Source of the DNA: Mobula hypostoma
Taxonomy: Eukaryota
DNA: 64,000 nt
Assembly (NCBI RefSeq): GCF_963921235.1
Contig: NC_086097.1
Location: 90,832,001-90,896,000, forward strand
Direction of reading: 5' to 3'
The stretch's first letter is position 1, and each line of letters begins with the position of its first letter. A model generated the notes under the pieces. It ran no database searches. It saw nothing but the letters and a program-made list of their open reading frames with translations, and was not told the DNA's origin. Made by a program: the position numbers and the translations under genes. Positions 63,520-64,000 of the stretch are shown piece after piece.

Positions 63520-63719
63520 GACATTGCTTCCTAGGTGCCAGGATGAGGGATGTCTTGGATCAGGTCCATGGCATTCTCAAGGGCAAGGGTGAGTGGCCAG
63601 AAGTCTTGGTACATATTGGCCCTAATGATACAAGTAGGTGAGAGAAATTTTAGGGAGCTAGGTAGAAAGCTGAGAAACAGGACCCCCAGGGTGGTAATCT
63701 CTGGATTGCTGCCTGTGCC
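63520..63719 (+). mobile_element. CR1 ORF1 esterase remnant
   Basis: 'CFLGARMRDVLDQV', 'VHIG.ND' and 'LRNRTPRVVISGLLPVP'. Confidence 0.7.
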
Positions 63720-64000
63720 TGTCACACAGGCGAGGGCATTGGGAGCAAGGGTGGACCCAAATGCAAGACACCTCTTGTGAGGTTACTTAGATTTAGTTTA
63801 TTGTTCGATACCAGGAGAGCAAGGCAGGAGCAGGAAATAGCGAAATGGACAGGAACTCAGGACTACGACTAGGCTGGGACAAGGGTCTGGGCTAGGACTC
63901 GGAATCGGCTCCCAGAACTAGTGGAGACATGAAGAGGCTAGGGTATGGACTCCGAGCCAGAGACTGGGCAAGGACCCAGTACCTGGGTCTTGCCTTGGGC
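63720..64000. mobile_element. Probable LTR element start, running off the window
   Basis: Abrupt TGTCAC start interrupting the CR1 remnant, with a 'ggacccaaatgca...tttattg' pattern; the other end is not visible. Confidence 0.55.

Overview
This is eukaryotic, repeat-saturated intronic or intergenic DNA. The repeat mix (abundant CR1 LINEs, V-domain/HE1-type SINEs, Penelope elements) suggests a cartilaginous fish, probably a ray (inference). No host protein-coding gene could be identified, and every recognisable long ORF is retroelement-derived. Main contents: a young 5'-truncated CR1 with an open RT ORF (795-3688) nested in an old near-full-length CR1; many other CR1 remnants; a Rex1/L2-type RT fragment; an end-to-end L1/Tx1-type LINE with a 16-bp TSD (54585-60919); several solo LTRs, one carrying a 19 x 50-bp minisatellite; Penelope fragments and foldbacks; tRNA-derived SINEs; non-autonomous LINE derivatives; and a hAT MITE. 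The most notable non-obvious signals are minimal hammerhead ribozyme motifs in Penelope termini (best at 45263-45300), a CpG-decayed HDV-like ribozyme fold heading a short non-coding retroposon (31044-31147), and a 2.4-kb doubly nested inverted duplication (24639-27021). Boundaries of old repeats and all identity estimates are by eye and approximate.
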